Positions 17,154 through 27,300 of a DNA stretch of 64,000 nt are shown here, in pieces. A program made the translations under genes and the position numbers. Numbering within the stretch: the first letter of the stretch is position 1; every line of letters begins with the position of its first letter. The stretch comes from Armatimonadota bacterium. Lineage in GTDB: Bacteria > Armatimonadota > Fimbriimonadia > Fimbriimonadales > Fimbriimonadaceae. The notes under the pieces were generated by a model, which saw only the letters and a list, made by a program, of their open reading frames with translations, was not told the DNA's origin and did not search any database. The stretch covers positions 5,208 through 69,207 of the forward strand of contig JAEVZK010000091.1 in the NCBI GenBank assembly GCA_023392285.1. Reading direction: 5' to 3'.

Positions 17154-20100
17154 ATGGGTGTTCTCGACGCTCTCGAAGATGTCGGTTCTTCAATAATCGA
17201 CACGGCATCCTCCCTACCTAGCGCAGCCGCTGGGGCAGTTGGCCTCGCCACAGATGTCGCGTCGCGAGTCGGCACCTTTGTGGGAGAGGTGACCGGCGCA
17301 ACCGGCATTCCGGATGCAGTAAGGGGCGTCGTAGGAACAGTTCGAGAAACTGTAAACCACGCGGTCGATCGAGTCACGGATGCGGCGGCAAATCCTCGCC
17401 GGACGATCGCTCGGGCCGCCGATGCGGCGCTGAACGGTGCGTCGCGCGCGCTCGCGAACACGCAATCCTTTGCCGACCGCGTGCTCAGAGGGGCTGGAAA
17501 TTTAGCCAGCGGCGTTGCGGGGGGCATTACAAGCTTCACATCCACTGTGAGCGAGGGTGTGGCGACCGGAATCTCCACCGCAGTTGGCAGGGTCGGTGAT
17601 TTGGTGCTCAAGGGGACCTCGCTGGCTCAGGGAGCGATTTCAAAGGTGGTTGGGGGTGCCGGCTCACTTGCGAATCGCGCTATCGACTTCGGCGGCGAAC
17701 TCGGCACCAGAGCCATCGGTTTGGCGTCCCAAGTGCTGCAAAATGCCGCACACGGTATCGCAGATACGGTTTCTGACGGGATCAATGGCGCGGCAGGTCT
17801 GCTTGCTCGCAAGGCCTCCCAACTTGCGACGGCGGTCAGCCGGGTCGCGAGCGGCACCGCCAACCTCGTTGGACGAGTGGCAACCATGGCGGGCGCCGGC
17901 GTTTCGCGGATTGCCGATCGGATTGGATCAGTGGTCCAACATGCGGCCGGAAATATCGCGCCATACCTGCCGGGTCCCCTTGGCAATCTGGCATTGAGGG
18001 GAGCTGGGGTCGTGGGGCGCGTCACCCAAGGCGTCAGTTCATTCGCCCTTGGCGCAAGTTCCTTCGTTCGGGAGGAATCACAGGCAGCGGCGATCTTCGT
18101 TGCGACTCGCACAGGTGAGGCGAACTCCTTTGTGCAGAATGAAATTGCTTCCATCCGAGCGGAATTGGTGCAGCAGGCGGGGAACTTGGGTGACCTAGCC
18201 GCAAACGGATTCGAACACGTGGGGGAGCGATTGACGGCAATCGTGAGAGGCAAGGTTGCCCGGCTTCACGACCGAGTCAACACGATCTCCAATCGCATTC
18301 AGGATCGAGTGGCTCGCGCGAGTGACTTGATTCGGCAAACCGTCCCGGCAGTGTCTTCAGCGATCGGCCGGGCGGCCCATACAATCGCCTCGCACCTCAG
18401 CGAGCGAGTCGGACACGGTGTCGCGCTTGTGAGAGATCGAATTGGCGAGACGATTGAAGGAGGTCGGCGACTTGTGGGCCGGGGCGCAGATGCCGCGCGT
18501 GGAGCAATGGGCTTGGGGCGACGCATCTTTGATCGCGTGCTCGATGTCGGGTCTGCGGTTACCGAACGAGTTTCTGGATTCGTGGGCGGCGTTGTCTCTG
18601 GCGTTGGAGAGGGTGTCAGAGCGGGAGTCGATCGGATCACCTCCTTCACCATGTCGGCTCGCCCGAATGATGGAGATTTGACCGGGCCCTTTATGCCGGG
18701 CGAGCCGATGGTCGAACCTGATCAGGTGGGCTCGCTGCATGGGCGGAGCAACGCTGGAGCAAGAGAGGGCATGGTGTCGGGGGGAGCGAGCCTCTTCATC
18801 AATGGGATTGACACGAGTCTTGCCGACCACTACCGAGCGGCTCAGCGGCTTGCGAACGAAATTGGCGCCCCCGTGGTGGGCGTTTACAACGCAACTGCTG
18901 GCATGGGGAGCGACCTCTTACAATGCGCGGCCGACAAGTTTTTCGACCGGTCAGGTAATCCGGCGGTGGCGACCCTCACCCGTCTGATTCGAACCTATGG
19001 AGATGCACGTCAGCCCCGTGGGGGACTCAATATTTTTGCGCATTCCCAGGGAAGCCTGATCCTATCCGAGGCTTTGCGCCAGGCGCAGACGGCAGGCGCG
19101 GATATCAGTCACAACGACGTCACCACGTTTGGAAATGCCGCGTTCACCTATCCGGCGGGACCGACCTATCACCATTACATCCACGACGACGATGCGGTGT
19201 CGATGTCGGTGGGAACAGGCAGCTACATCAGCTACTTGATGAATCAAACGACGCTTGGGCGCATGGTGTCAGGATCTGCACTCGGACCGACTGCCGACGT
19301 CCAAGCGACGACGACAACCCTGCACCACGGGGGATCGATGATCGCTCCGCACGCCGTAAACGCGCCGGATGGGCACGATTATATCGGTGACCTGGCGGCT
19401 TTTCGAGCGGCGGAACGCAGTGGCCGCGCCACCCCTGCTCGCAACTATCAGAGGACCCAGGGCGCGGCTGGCTTTGCGATTGCGAGAGGCGTCGGAACCA
19501 TGGCTGCCGACGGAATCGCGTCCGGTTACGGCCGAGTAGACCGAGCGATCACAGCCATGCCCGACTTGCCGGTTGTTGGCAATCTTGGGATTTGGAGCGC
19601 GATCAATTCACGCTTGAGAGCGATTGGGGGCGCGGCGCTTTCGGCTGGTGAATCCTACGGCAGATCACGGGACGCAAGATACTCGGGCATGTCGACGATT
19701 CAGCGAAGCGGCGACGGACCTGAACCTGAGGCAGACGCTCGCGACGTCAAATCCCGCCTCGACCAGAGTGGCTCGATCGGCTTCGCGCCGGATTCGCGCG
19801 TGAACGATCAAGTGAGTGGTGTCCTTGGCCACGACATGAGCCAGGCGCGTCTCCACATTGATCCGGCTGCTCAGTCGATGGCGCGCGACTTGGGCGCGAA
19901 AGCTTTCACGATCGGTCGAGACGTCTACTTTGGGGCGGGGCAGTACCAGCCCAGCACCCCTTCTGGTATGGCTCTGATGGCACACGAGATGACGCACGTG
20001 GTGCAGCAGTCTTCTCCTGACCAGCAGACCCGCTTCTTTACCCAGCAAGGCGGAAACGAAATGGAGCAAGAGGCTCAACGCTCTGCGGAGATGGTGCTCG

Positions 20101-23100
20101 CCAATGCGGGAAATCGTCAGGGGCTGTTCGTGCAGAGGTACGTGAAAGACTACGAGTGCTCGACAGGATTGACCCAAACCGACCTGACCAGATTGGAACG
20201 TATTTCGCAGATGGCACTTGAGAGGGCGGAGGAAAAGCTCGGACCTCGAGCGCTTCGGGCCTTTCAGGTCGATGTGGACATTCACATCGACTTGCAGAAG
20301 ATGAACGATGTGCAGGCCGCGAATGTCTGGGCTCAAGCGATCGTCGAAGGCTTGCGCGACGCTACTTCGCTTCGCCCGACTACCACCACTTCGAAGGCGG
20401 TGCAGAAGTACAACGAGCCCCCGTTCTTCTTCATGCAAGCTCCGCGTTCCGATCACAGCGCTGCCCCTCATCCGGGGGACGATCGAGTGGTCGAGATGAA
20501 CATCACCGTCTTCGGCCGACATTACGGCCCGAGCGTCACCTATCCCGAGGCGTTGGAAGCGATGCGCCAAACCTATGCGCTGCTCAGCGGCCGCTGCGAA
20601 GCAGGTTGGGAGGGCCACGCGGACTTCATGCGCTTCCGCGACGATCACTGGATCGTCGGCGGGATTTCGGACACGTTGGGAGGGGTTTCGATGCCTCCGC
20701 TCGACATGTGGAACGAACCCGCGAACCATCTCAGAGAGGCTTACAACGCGATCGTGTTCACCCGCGATGTGGCAGCCGCGGCGACTCAGCTGAATCAGGC
20801 GGACGTCCTTATCAGACGCTGCGATCACCGCATGTACGAGTATCGCGAGGGGACGATCTCCGGTGCTGGGCGGGCGGTGACTGGCCTTGAAGCGGTGAAG
20901 GTCGGCTCGGCGGTCACCGTTGGCATCTTGTCGGCTGGAACTCTCAGCGCGGGTACGGCGCTCGTGGTGGGCGCTGGCTACACGGCCACTCAAACCATGG
21001 CTCAGCAGGGGATGGAGGTGCATCTTGGGCTGCGCGACCATATTGATTGGGCCGGCATCGGCTTTGATTTTGCGTTCAATCTGGTGATCGGCCGATTCAT
21101 GGGGAACATGTCGAACAACATTGCGGGTCGCCTCCTCCAGAATCCGGCTTTCCGGGGGATGGCGCGAGCGGCAGTAGTTCGCGTGGTGCAAGACGTCGTG
21201 ACGGGCCGCCTGTCGTCTGTCCTGTCGCTTACGGCGCGTCAGATTTTCGACCATGCTCGAAGCTCGCGAGAGGCGATGACTTGGGAGCAGTACGTGCATG
21301 CGATTGGTGAGCAGTTCACCAACCCCGCGCTTTACGTGCAGGACCTAGCTTCGGGAATGGGTGGTCGGGCGGCTGGCCGCCACTACCAATCCACGCATGG
21401 CCAAACGGTCGCCGCTGCGCCAGAAGGTGTGTCATCGACTGCTCAAGCAGTTCTCGATATTCCCGCGCCACAACCGCCGCAGGGACCACCTCCAACCGGA
21501 CAGACTCCGCGTCAGCTTCCGCCGCCCCGCGAGGGCGCAGCAACCCCAACCGAAGGCAACCCGCCGCCGACGACTGGCGCGCCATCGGAGCCCGCCCGAG
21601 TAAGTCAGCCCGAGTTGCCAGCCGTTGCCCCAACTGCTGAAACGATTGCAACTCCGGCCCATCCGGATGCTCCTGGGGCGACCCCTCATCCTGAAGCACC
21701 GGCGGCGACGGCTCCAGCCGAAACCGGCACGCCAGCCGAGACGGGCACAACTTCACGGCGGCAAACCGCTCCTCTGGAGAGGGTCACCGGCCAGCGCCGA
21801 GGGGAATCTGCGGCTCAGAGGCGAGCACGGGTGGCTGACGAGGTGGCGGCACGAAGAACGGCAGAAGGCGAACCCACGCCACAAGAACGCCAGGCAACTG
21901 GAGAAGAACAAGCTGCTCGGCCGGCAGCTGAAACCGCGGCCGCGACGCAACGGCATCTCGATGTGGTCAATGCTGGCGGAGAAGGGGCGGTCAGTGCGGC
22001 GGAGCAACTGATTCGCCGGGTCGGTTCATTCCGGCAGCTGCGCCAGATGGCAACCGGCGAGAGCCCGCAGCTGACACCTGCAGGTGTACGGGCCGTCAAT
22101 GAGGCTCGAGCGCAGATTCAGCGCCGAATCCAAAGCGAGATCGCTCAGCAGTTCCCGAACATCGAATTTCTTGCCCCAGGAACGACCGGCTTCGCCAGCG
22201 ACACAGACGTGACGGTAAGGCCCCGCGATTTCTCGCAGCGCAGCACCCCTGAGCAAATTGCGGAAGGAGTTCGACAAGCGGGTGAGGCGGTCCAGGAGGC
22301 AAATCGCAGAGCCCGAGAAGCGGCAGGGGGTCGAGAGCCCGACGAGTCTCTCGATACGAACTATTACAGTTGGACCGGAGCCGACGCTCCCATCCAGACG
22401 CCGCGAGCCTCTGAACAGGTCGTGGGCAATGCTCGCACGGTCGCGAGCCTTGCTGAGCAGCACCAGGCAATGACCCCCGAGATATGGTCCCAGTATCGTC
22501 AGCAGATGCTTCGCGAGGCAGGGGCGGGTCGCCCGCGCTCGGAGCAGGTGGGAGAAGCGCAGGCAAGATTCGAGGCGGAAACGGTCGCTCACCTCGAGGC
22601 TCAGCTCAATGCGGCTGAGCAAATGTCGACTCGGCTTCGGGCAGAGCGCGAGGCAACTGCCTCCCGGTTGAGAGCCGCCGATCCGACGATTACGGAAGGC
22701 GGAGCCCAAATGCGAGCGCGCGAGCAGCTTGCGGCGCAGTATCGACAGCGCTTGATCGAAGCTCTAGGCAGAAACCCGGTAAATCATGCCGAAGTTGCGT
22801 CGTTGCAAGCTCAGATCACAATGATCGAGCCGGGTGCCTACGCCAGCCGGGCCGGTGTCGCGGACGTTGTCGCAAATCAGCAGACCGCAATGCCTCGCGG
22901 TGAAGTGACCTTTGGGCCGAACGGGGAGAGAAGGGGAACTGGGGACTTTGCGGTTAGACGACAGCAGCTTGCGTCGGGCGAGGTGCTAGAGTCGACGGAA
23001 GGTGCTCATCGCGTGATGGAGCTTGATCCGGTGACCGGTCTGCGTGACCTGGCCGACAGCGCTGGCAGCAGCCTTGCCCAGTTCGAGGCACACGCGGAGC

Positions 23101-23576
23101 ATCCACCAACGAATACCGCTGAGGCTCTCGATCTGATCAAGAATACGATCAAATACTCGAGCCGAATGGCTCATGCGGATCAGGCAACGAGAGCTGGCTC
23201 ACGAAGTACACCGGGCGAATTGACCCGAGGCTACAGCCGTGACCAAGGGCCGGTCGCCGCTCTGGAAGGCATGGCGGGAGGCGAAGTCTCGACCATCGAT
23301 GGAAGGCCACGCGCAGAGGTGCTCTCGGCGCTGGAGCAAGGCGGCGCGGCACGAGATGCAGCCCTTCGCTCCGTCGCGGCAGAGAGCGGACGACGCGGTT
23401 TCGGGAATTCCTTGGAGAGCTTGGCGTCAGCTTATGCGAATTCGAGACTGCCTTATGCTCGCGGGGTCGCCGCCTCGATTCGGGTTCGCGCAACCACGCA
23501 GGAAGCAGGCATGGTGGGCCTGTCTCCGACGATCGTCGCACCTTCTTTGGAGAGTACGCCACCGCCGACACGATGA
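17154..23576 (+). CDS. 2140-aa multidomain CIS-associated protein, a putative effector and/or tape-measure fusion. Parts: N-terminal Gly/Ala-rich helical repeats, alpha/beta-hydrolase (GxSxG), DUF4157 HExxH module, Pro-rich linker, charged helical C-terminal region
   Basis: Nucleophile elbow FAHSQGS (Ser codon 19044-19046), preceded by SLFINGIDTS and VVGVYNATAG. DUF4157-like VLGHDMSQARLHIDPAAQSMARDLGAKAFTIGRDVYFG...MALMAHEMTHVVQQ (HEMTH at 19983-19997). Pro-rich segment ~21460-21740. Confidence 0.8.
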   Translation: MGVLDALEDVGSSIIDTASSLPSAAAGAVGLATDVASRVGTFVGEVTGATGIPDAVRGVVGTVRETVNHAVDRVTDAAANPRRTIARAADAALNGASRALANTQSFADRVLRGAGNLASGVAGGITSFTSTVSEGVATGISTAVGRVGDLVLKGTSLAQGAISKVVGGAGSLANRAIDFGGELGTRAIGLASQVLQNAAHGIADTVSDGINGAAGLLARKASQLATAVSRVASGTANLVGRVATMAGAGVSRIADRIGSVVQHAAGNIAPYLPGPLGNLALRGAGVVGRVTQGVSSFALGASSFVREESQAAAIFVATRTGEANSFVQNEIASIRAELVQQAGNLGDLAANGFEHVGERLTAIVRGKVARLHDRVNTISNRIQDRVARASDLIRQTVPAVSSAIGRAAHTIASHLSERVGHGVALVRDRIGETIEGGRRLVGRGADAARGAMGLGRRIFDRVLDVGSAVTERVSGFVGGVVSGVGEGVRAGVDRITSFTMSARPNDGDLTGPFMPGEPMVEPDQVGSLHGRSNAGAREGMVSGGASLFINGIDTSLADHYRAAQRLANEIGAPVVGVYNATAGMGSDLLQCAADKFFDRSGNPAVATLTRLIRTYGDARQPRGGLNIFAHSQGSLILSEALRQAQTAGADISHNDVTTFGNAAFTYPAGPTYHHYIHDDDAVSMSVGTGSYISYLMNQTTLGRMVSGSALGPTADVQATTTTLHHGGSMIAPHAVNAPDGHDYIGDLAAFRAAERSGRATPARNYQRTQGAAGFAIARGVGTMAADGIASGYGRVDRAITAMPDLPVVGNLGIWSAINSRLRAIGGAALSAGESYGRSRDARYSGMSTIQRSGDGPEPEADARDVKSRLDQSGSIGFAPDSRVNDQVSGVLGHDMSQARLHIDPAAQSMARDLGAKAFTIGRDVYFGAGQYQPSTPSGMALMAHEMTHVVQQSSPDQQTRFFTQQGGNEMEQEAQRSAEMVLANAGNRQGLFVQRYVKDYECSTGLTQTDLTRLERISQMALERAEEKLGPRALRAFQVDVDIHIDLQKMNDVQAANVWAQAIVEGLRDATSLRPTTTTSKAVQKYNEPPFFFMQAPRSDHSAAPHPGDDRVVEMNITVFGRHYGPSVTYPEALEAMRQTYALLSGRCEAGWEGHADFMRFRDDHWIVGGISDTLGGVSMPPLDMWNEPANHLREAYNAIVFTRDVAAAATQLNQADVLIRRCDHRMYEYREGTISGAGRAVTGLEAVKVGSAVTVGILSAGTLSAGTALVVGAGYTATQTMAQQGMEVHLGLRDHIDWAGIGFDFAFNLVIGRFMGNMSNNIAGRLLQNPAFRGMARAAVVRVVQDVVTGRLSSVLSLTARQIFDHARSSREAMTWEQYVHAIGEQFTNPALYVQDLASGMGGRAAGRHYQSTHGQTVAAAPEGVSSTAQAVLDIPAPQPPQGPPPTGQTPRQLPPPREGAATPTEGNPPPTTGAPSEPARVSQPELPAVAPTAETIATPAHPDAPGATPHPEAPAATAPAETGTPAETGTTSRRQTAPLERVTGQRRGESAAQRRARVADEVAARRTAEGEPTPQERQATGEEQAARPAAETAAATQRHLDVVNAGGEGAVSAAEQLIRRVGSFRQLRQMATGESPQLTPAGVRAVNEARAQIQRRIQSEIAQQFPNIEFLAPGTTGFASDTDVTVRPRDFSQRSTPEQIAEGVRQAGEAVQEANRRAREAAGGREPDESLDTNYYSWTGADAPIQTPRASEQVVGNARTVASLAEQHQAMTPEIWSQYRQQMLREAGAGRPRSEQVGEAQARFEAETVAHLEAQLNAAEQMSTRLRAEREATASRLRAADPTITEGGAQMRAREQLAAQYRQRLIEALGRNPVNHAEVASLQAQITMIEPGAYASRAGVADVVANQQTAMPRGEVTFGPNGERRGTGDFAVRRQQLASGEVLESTEGAHRVMELDPVTGLRDLADSAGSSLAQFEAHAEHPPTNTAEALDLIKNTIKYSSRMAHADQATRAGSRSTPGELTRGYSRDQGPVAALEGMAGGEVSTIDGRPRAEVLSALEQGGAARDAALRSVAAESGRRGFGNSLESLASAYANSRLPYARGVAASIRVRATTQEAGMVGLSPTIVAPSLESTPPPTR

Positions 23577-23612
23577 TGCAAATTACAATGCAATACAATA
23601 TAGGGAGTCTAG

Positions 23613-23912
23613 ATGCCAGCTAACATCAACGTTCTGCGTTGCCGCATCCGAGTGACCAATGTGCCGCAGGGGTCGATCGAGCATCAGACGGCGAATGTCG
23701 AGCGTCCAAGCCTGCATTTTGTTCAGCCGGGTGGAAGCGAGACGTCGCATGGAGATGCGCGTCCTTCGCAGACGGCGACGGAGGACCGTAACGCGGCCAC
23801 GAATCGGGAGAGTATTTCGCCCCGAAGCGCCGATCCAAAGCAAATTGCGGATCGAGTTTATGAGTTAATGGTGAGAGAAGTGAAATTGGGAAGAGCGAGA
23901 GGCGAGAGATAA
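23613..23912 (+). CDS. Small CIS-locus protein (99 aa) sharing a C-terminal motif with the 1164-aa protein
   Basis: GGGAG RBS upstream; the stop lies 1 nt before the second tube gene. C-terminus PKQIADRVYELMVREVKLGRARGER parallels AHEINMLANEVWTLLRRKLTFEAERMGRR at the end of 24382..27876. Confidence 0.5.
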   Translation: MPANINVLRCRIRVTNVPQGSIEHQTANVERPSLHFVQPGGSETSHGDARPSQTATEDRNAATNRESISPRSADPKQIADRVYELMVREVKLGRARGER

Positions 23913-23913
23913 G

Positions 23914-24375
23914 ATGCCAGGAAAAGACGAACGACAAGGAAAAGACCATCATCTCGGACTGCGGTTCTGGGTGCAAATCGAGGGCGTCGAGATCGCCGGA
24001 TTCAGTGAAGTTTCGGGGCTCTCGATTGAGACGGAGACGTTTGAGTACGCAGAGGGCGGACTGAACACATTTACTCATAAGCTGCCAGTTAGAGCGAAGT
24101 ACACGAACGTAACCCTGAAGCGAGGTATGGACCGGGGCCACGACCTGTTCACGTGGTACAAGAACTCGCTGGAAGGGCGGCTGCAGAGGAAGAACATCTC
24201 GATCATGGTCTACGGGCCGGAGGGCGGGGAACCGATGTATCAGTGGGACCTTATGGGAGCATTTCCGGTGAAATGGGTCGGTCCCGACATGCGGACCGAG
24301 GCCGGCTCCTCTGCGATCGAAACTCTTGAATTCGCCCACCACGGCCTGATCAATTCCACGCATCGATCTTCGTAA
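23914..24375 (+). CDS. Second tail tube-family protein (Afp5/Pvc5-like tube or tube-initiator paralog)
   Basis: 153 aa. LGLRFWVQIEGVEIAGFSEVSGLSIETETFEYAEGG...HKLPVRAKYTNVTLKRGM...LFTWY shows the same family pattern as 16010..16444. Confidence 0.85.
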   Translation: MPGKDERQGKDHHLGLRFWVQIEGVEIAGFSEVSGLSIETETFEYAEGGLNTFTHKLPVRAKYTNVTLKRGMDRGHDLFTWYKNSLEGRLQRKNISIMVYGPEGGEPMYQWDLMGAFPVKWVGPDMRTEAGSSAIETLEFAHHGLINSTHRSS

Positions 24376-24381
24376 ACAACC

Positions 24382-27300
24382 ATGACCGACCAACGCGCTA
24401 AAGACCTTGCTTCCATCGAGCCACCAAGCTCGATGAAGAAGATTGTCAGCTTTGCCGAGCAACTCAGCTTCGGCCAAGATGCGCTGTTTGCAGGCACCGA
24501 ACTTCCCAAGCCGCACATTGGGCAGAACGGGGTCAACGCGGGCAAACTGGCCCGGCAAATGTCGGTGAATCCGTACTCCATCTTCCCCGGAGTTGGCTCA
24601 GAAGGGCTGGATTCGGTGATGTCGCGCCAGATGGTTCGAACGCGAGACATCCAAGACTTCACGCGCTGGCTCATGAAATTTGACGCTAAGCGTTCCGAAC
24701 TAGTCGTTTACGACACCCCAGAGCAAATCTTCTTCCAGCACGCCACCCCAGAGCTTGCTGAGCAGTTCATGTACCAGCACAATCCTGAGATCGAGCAAAT
24801 CATCCGGGAGGGGCGGCGGCGGCGCACGGTTACTCAAGAGATTGAGACCGAAGAAATTGAAGTTCGGCGAGTCGAGACACGACGCAAGCGAATCAAGACC
24901 GAGCAGGTGGAAACCTTGGAGGCCGAAGAGGAATCGGCTAAAGCGCAGCAGGCGCACGCCCGCTCGGCGAAGCAGGGTGACGGAGCGGAGTCGGCTCAAG
25001 CGGAATCGAATCAAGGAGGACAGAGTCCTGCGGGTGCGGCCACACGCCGGAATATGCTGCGCCGCGACGCAGGAGCGGAACCTTCTTCGGATGCAAACCG
25101 CTATTGGCGCGATTCCGGACCGCGCATGGACGTTGCAAAGACGCCGCCACCGACTGCGGCGCAAATGCAAGCCGAACAGATCACATTCGGTCAGGTGCTG
25201 ACCGCGACCAACCGCAATCTGCTCGTGTCCAACTTCGGCATGTCTAGCTTGGCGGGAGGAATTATTCGCGGGCGAGCGGATGCCGCAGCTTCTTTTCAAG
25301 CGCAAAGTGCGGCAAGCAGCGCGGTCCAGAGTTCGCCGGTTGCGGGTACCTACATGCCGCAAGGCAGCGGCTCTTTTGCTGGCCAAGTCCCATCCCACGC
25401 CTATCCCTCGGGTGTCTACCCATCGGGGGGAATGGCTCAGAGCCATTTCCAGGCACCGGAAGTGTCGATTACTTCTCAACCGCTCGGCACTTTTAGACCT
25501 TCTGGCGCACAGAGCTTGCGAGTTAATGGGGTCGAGGTGACGTCCGATTGGGACGGCGGGCCGGGCATGGTGCCGCCCCCTGGCATGTACACGGGCCCCG
25601 AGTCAGCTGCGATTCCATCCGCTAGAGCGGCCGCAATTCAAGAGGCAGCGGTTGGTAGTCGCTCGATGCGTGGTGCAGCCGTCGCGGGAGCGGCGCTGCT
25701 GGGGCCGATGGCGTTTGCCGCTCTTCCGGCAATGGGTGGAGGTCTCTATCCCGTCGGAGGTCAATCGGTAGCGATTGCCTCGATGACTCCGTTGCAGCTT
25801 GCTGCAATGCAAGGACGAGGCTCCTCTTATGTCGGAGTGCCCGGCTATGCGGGGGCGGTTTCGGAAAGCATGGCGATGAATTTGGCTTCACGAGCCAACG
25901 CCTCGGCCGGGTTGGGAGGAGTGCCCATGCTGATCGGCGACGGCTCGGTCATGCCTGCCGGCCAGGTGGAGCGTAAGGATGTCATGGGAATGGGCTTCGT
26001 AGGTGGAGCTCATCCTTCAGCAATCGCAAGGGGCATTGGGAGTTTCGAACCAGGAGTTCAGACCTCAATTCCAAATAGTCCACTGATGGGGCAGATCACT
26101 CTGATCGCTCCGCCCATGGAAGTTGCATCAGCCGAGGCCGAGCGCGCTGGAACGGCGGTATCGTTCGATGTCAAGACGCTTGCCAAGGGCGCTGGTGCCT
26201 TGGATGCGACCAGCCTCACCATGCTCAAATCGGCGATGCCACAAGGGCTTCAGGCTATTTATCCGGCCCTTCCGCAAAGCCAACTTGGACCTCACGCGGT
26301 CAACATGAAGTTGGCACCTTCGCTGCTCGGCCAGATACTCAATGAAGGCTATGGTGGTCGAGCCGCGCAGATGACTCCGCATTTCGCCGATGCCGCATCG
26401 AAAGTTTCGCTCTCATCTCCGGTGGCAATGCCTATGGAAGCCAGCATCGTTCCGGTAACGAGCCGCCCCGTTGGGGATCAAGCCGGATTACTGGGCGCTG
26501 CGGGCGGTACCGAAAAGGGCTTGGGACAGATTGGGGCAGGGGGCGCATCTCGCGGAGGCGCGCTCGACTTCCTCGGCATGCCGGTCCGACTGGCCCCAAG
26601 TCTCGCCGGCAGTCCAGAGATGTCTGCGGCAGCTGAAGCCAGAAAGGCGATGCCTCCAGGCGCGGCGGCCGTCATGCGTCCAAACGAGTTTGCACCTCTC
26701 CGGTCAAAGCTCTTCCCTGCGTTCGGTTCAGTGAAGGCGGAGCCAGACCAAAAGGCTTGGGAGAAGGCTGCGCCTAGCTATGGAATGAGGAGTGCGCGTC
26801 CGGAGAATCTTCTTTCGCCTGAAGCGCGCCTGAAGCCACCTGCGGGCGGCGCTTCAGTGCCACAAATGCATACGGTGTCGCCGACTGCTACTGCCAAAGC
26901 TTTGGCGGGTGCCGCAGCGGTATCTTCGATTGCCGATGCCGCCATGCCTTCAGGGTTACACGCACTCTCCAGTTCAGCGATGGCTGGGGGAGCTTTGGGA
27001 GCGTTTGCGGGCGGAGGCTTGGCGGCGATGGGCCAGGCAGGTCCGCTTGGGATGATTTCAGGCCTGAGAGGAAGTCGAGGCGGAGTTCCAGCAGTGCCGT
27101 CCTTGGGATCGGTAATGAGCTTGGCGCGACCTAACCCATTGATGGCGGCGGGATTCGCCGGCCGTTTCGCTGGTGGAATGGCTGCTCCAGCGATGAGCTT
27201 TGGCTCGCCAACCCAGCCTGGAATGAGTCCATCTGTGATGAGCCAAAGAGTGGCGTCTCGTTGGTCACCCGCCGCGCCCATGGGCAAGGGGCTGGGCTTA

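Noticed and set aside
19665-21299. 544-aa minus-strand ORF inside the 2140-aa gene. Many 60-230-aa ORFs across 17.1-23.6 kb are of the same kind.
   Set aside because: These are antisense shadow ORFs typical of GC-rich coding DNA. The composition is extremely Arg/His/Ser-rich.
22167-22217. Nucleotidyltransferase (Pol-beta fold) motif in the C-terminal region of the giant protein (LAPGTTGFASDTDVTV)
   Set aside because: The G...SDxD spacing is several residues shorter than the canonical GS-x9-13-DxD, and no other NTase features were seen. It is too weak to call without profile or structure searches.
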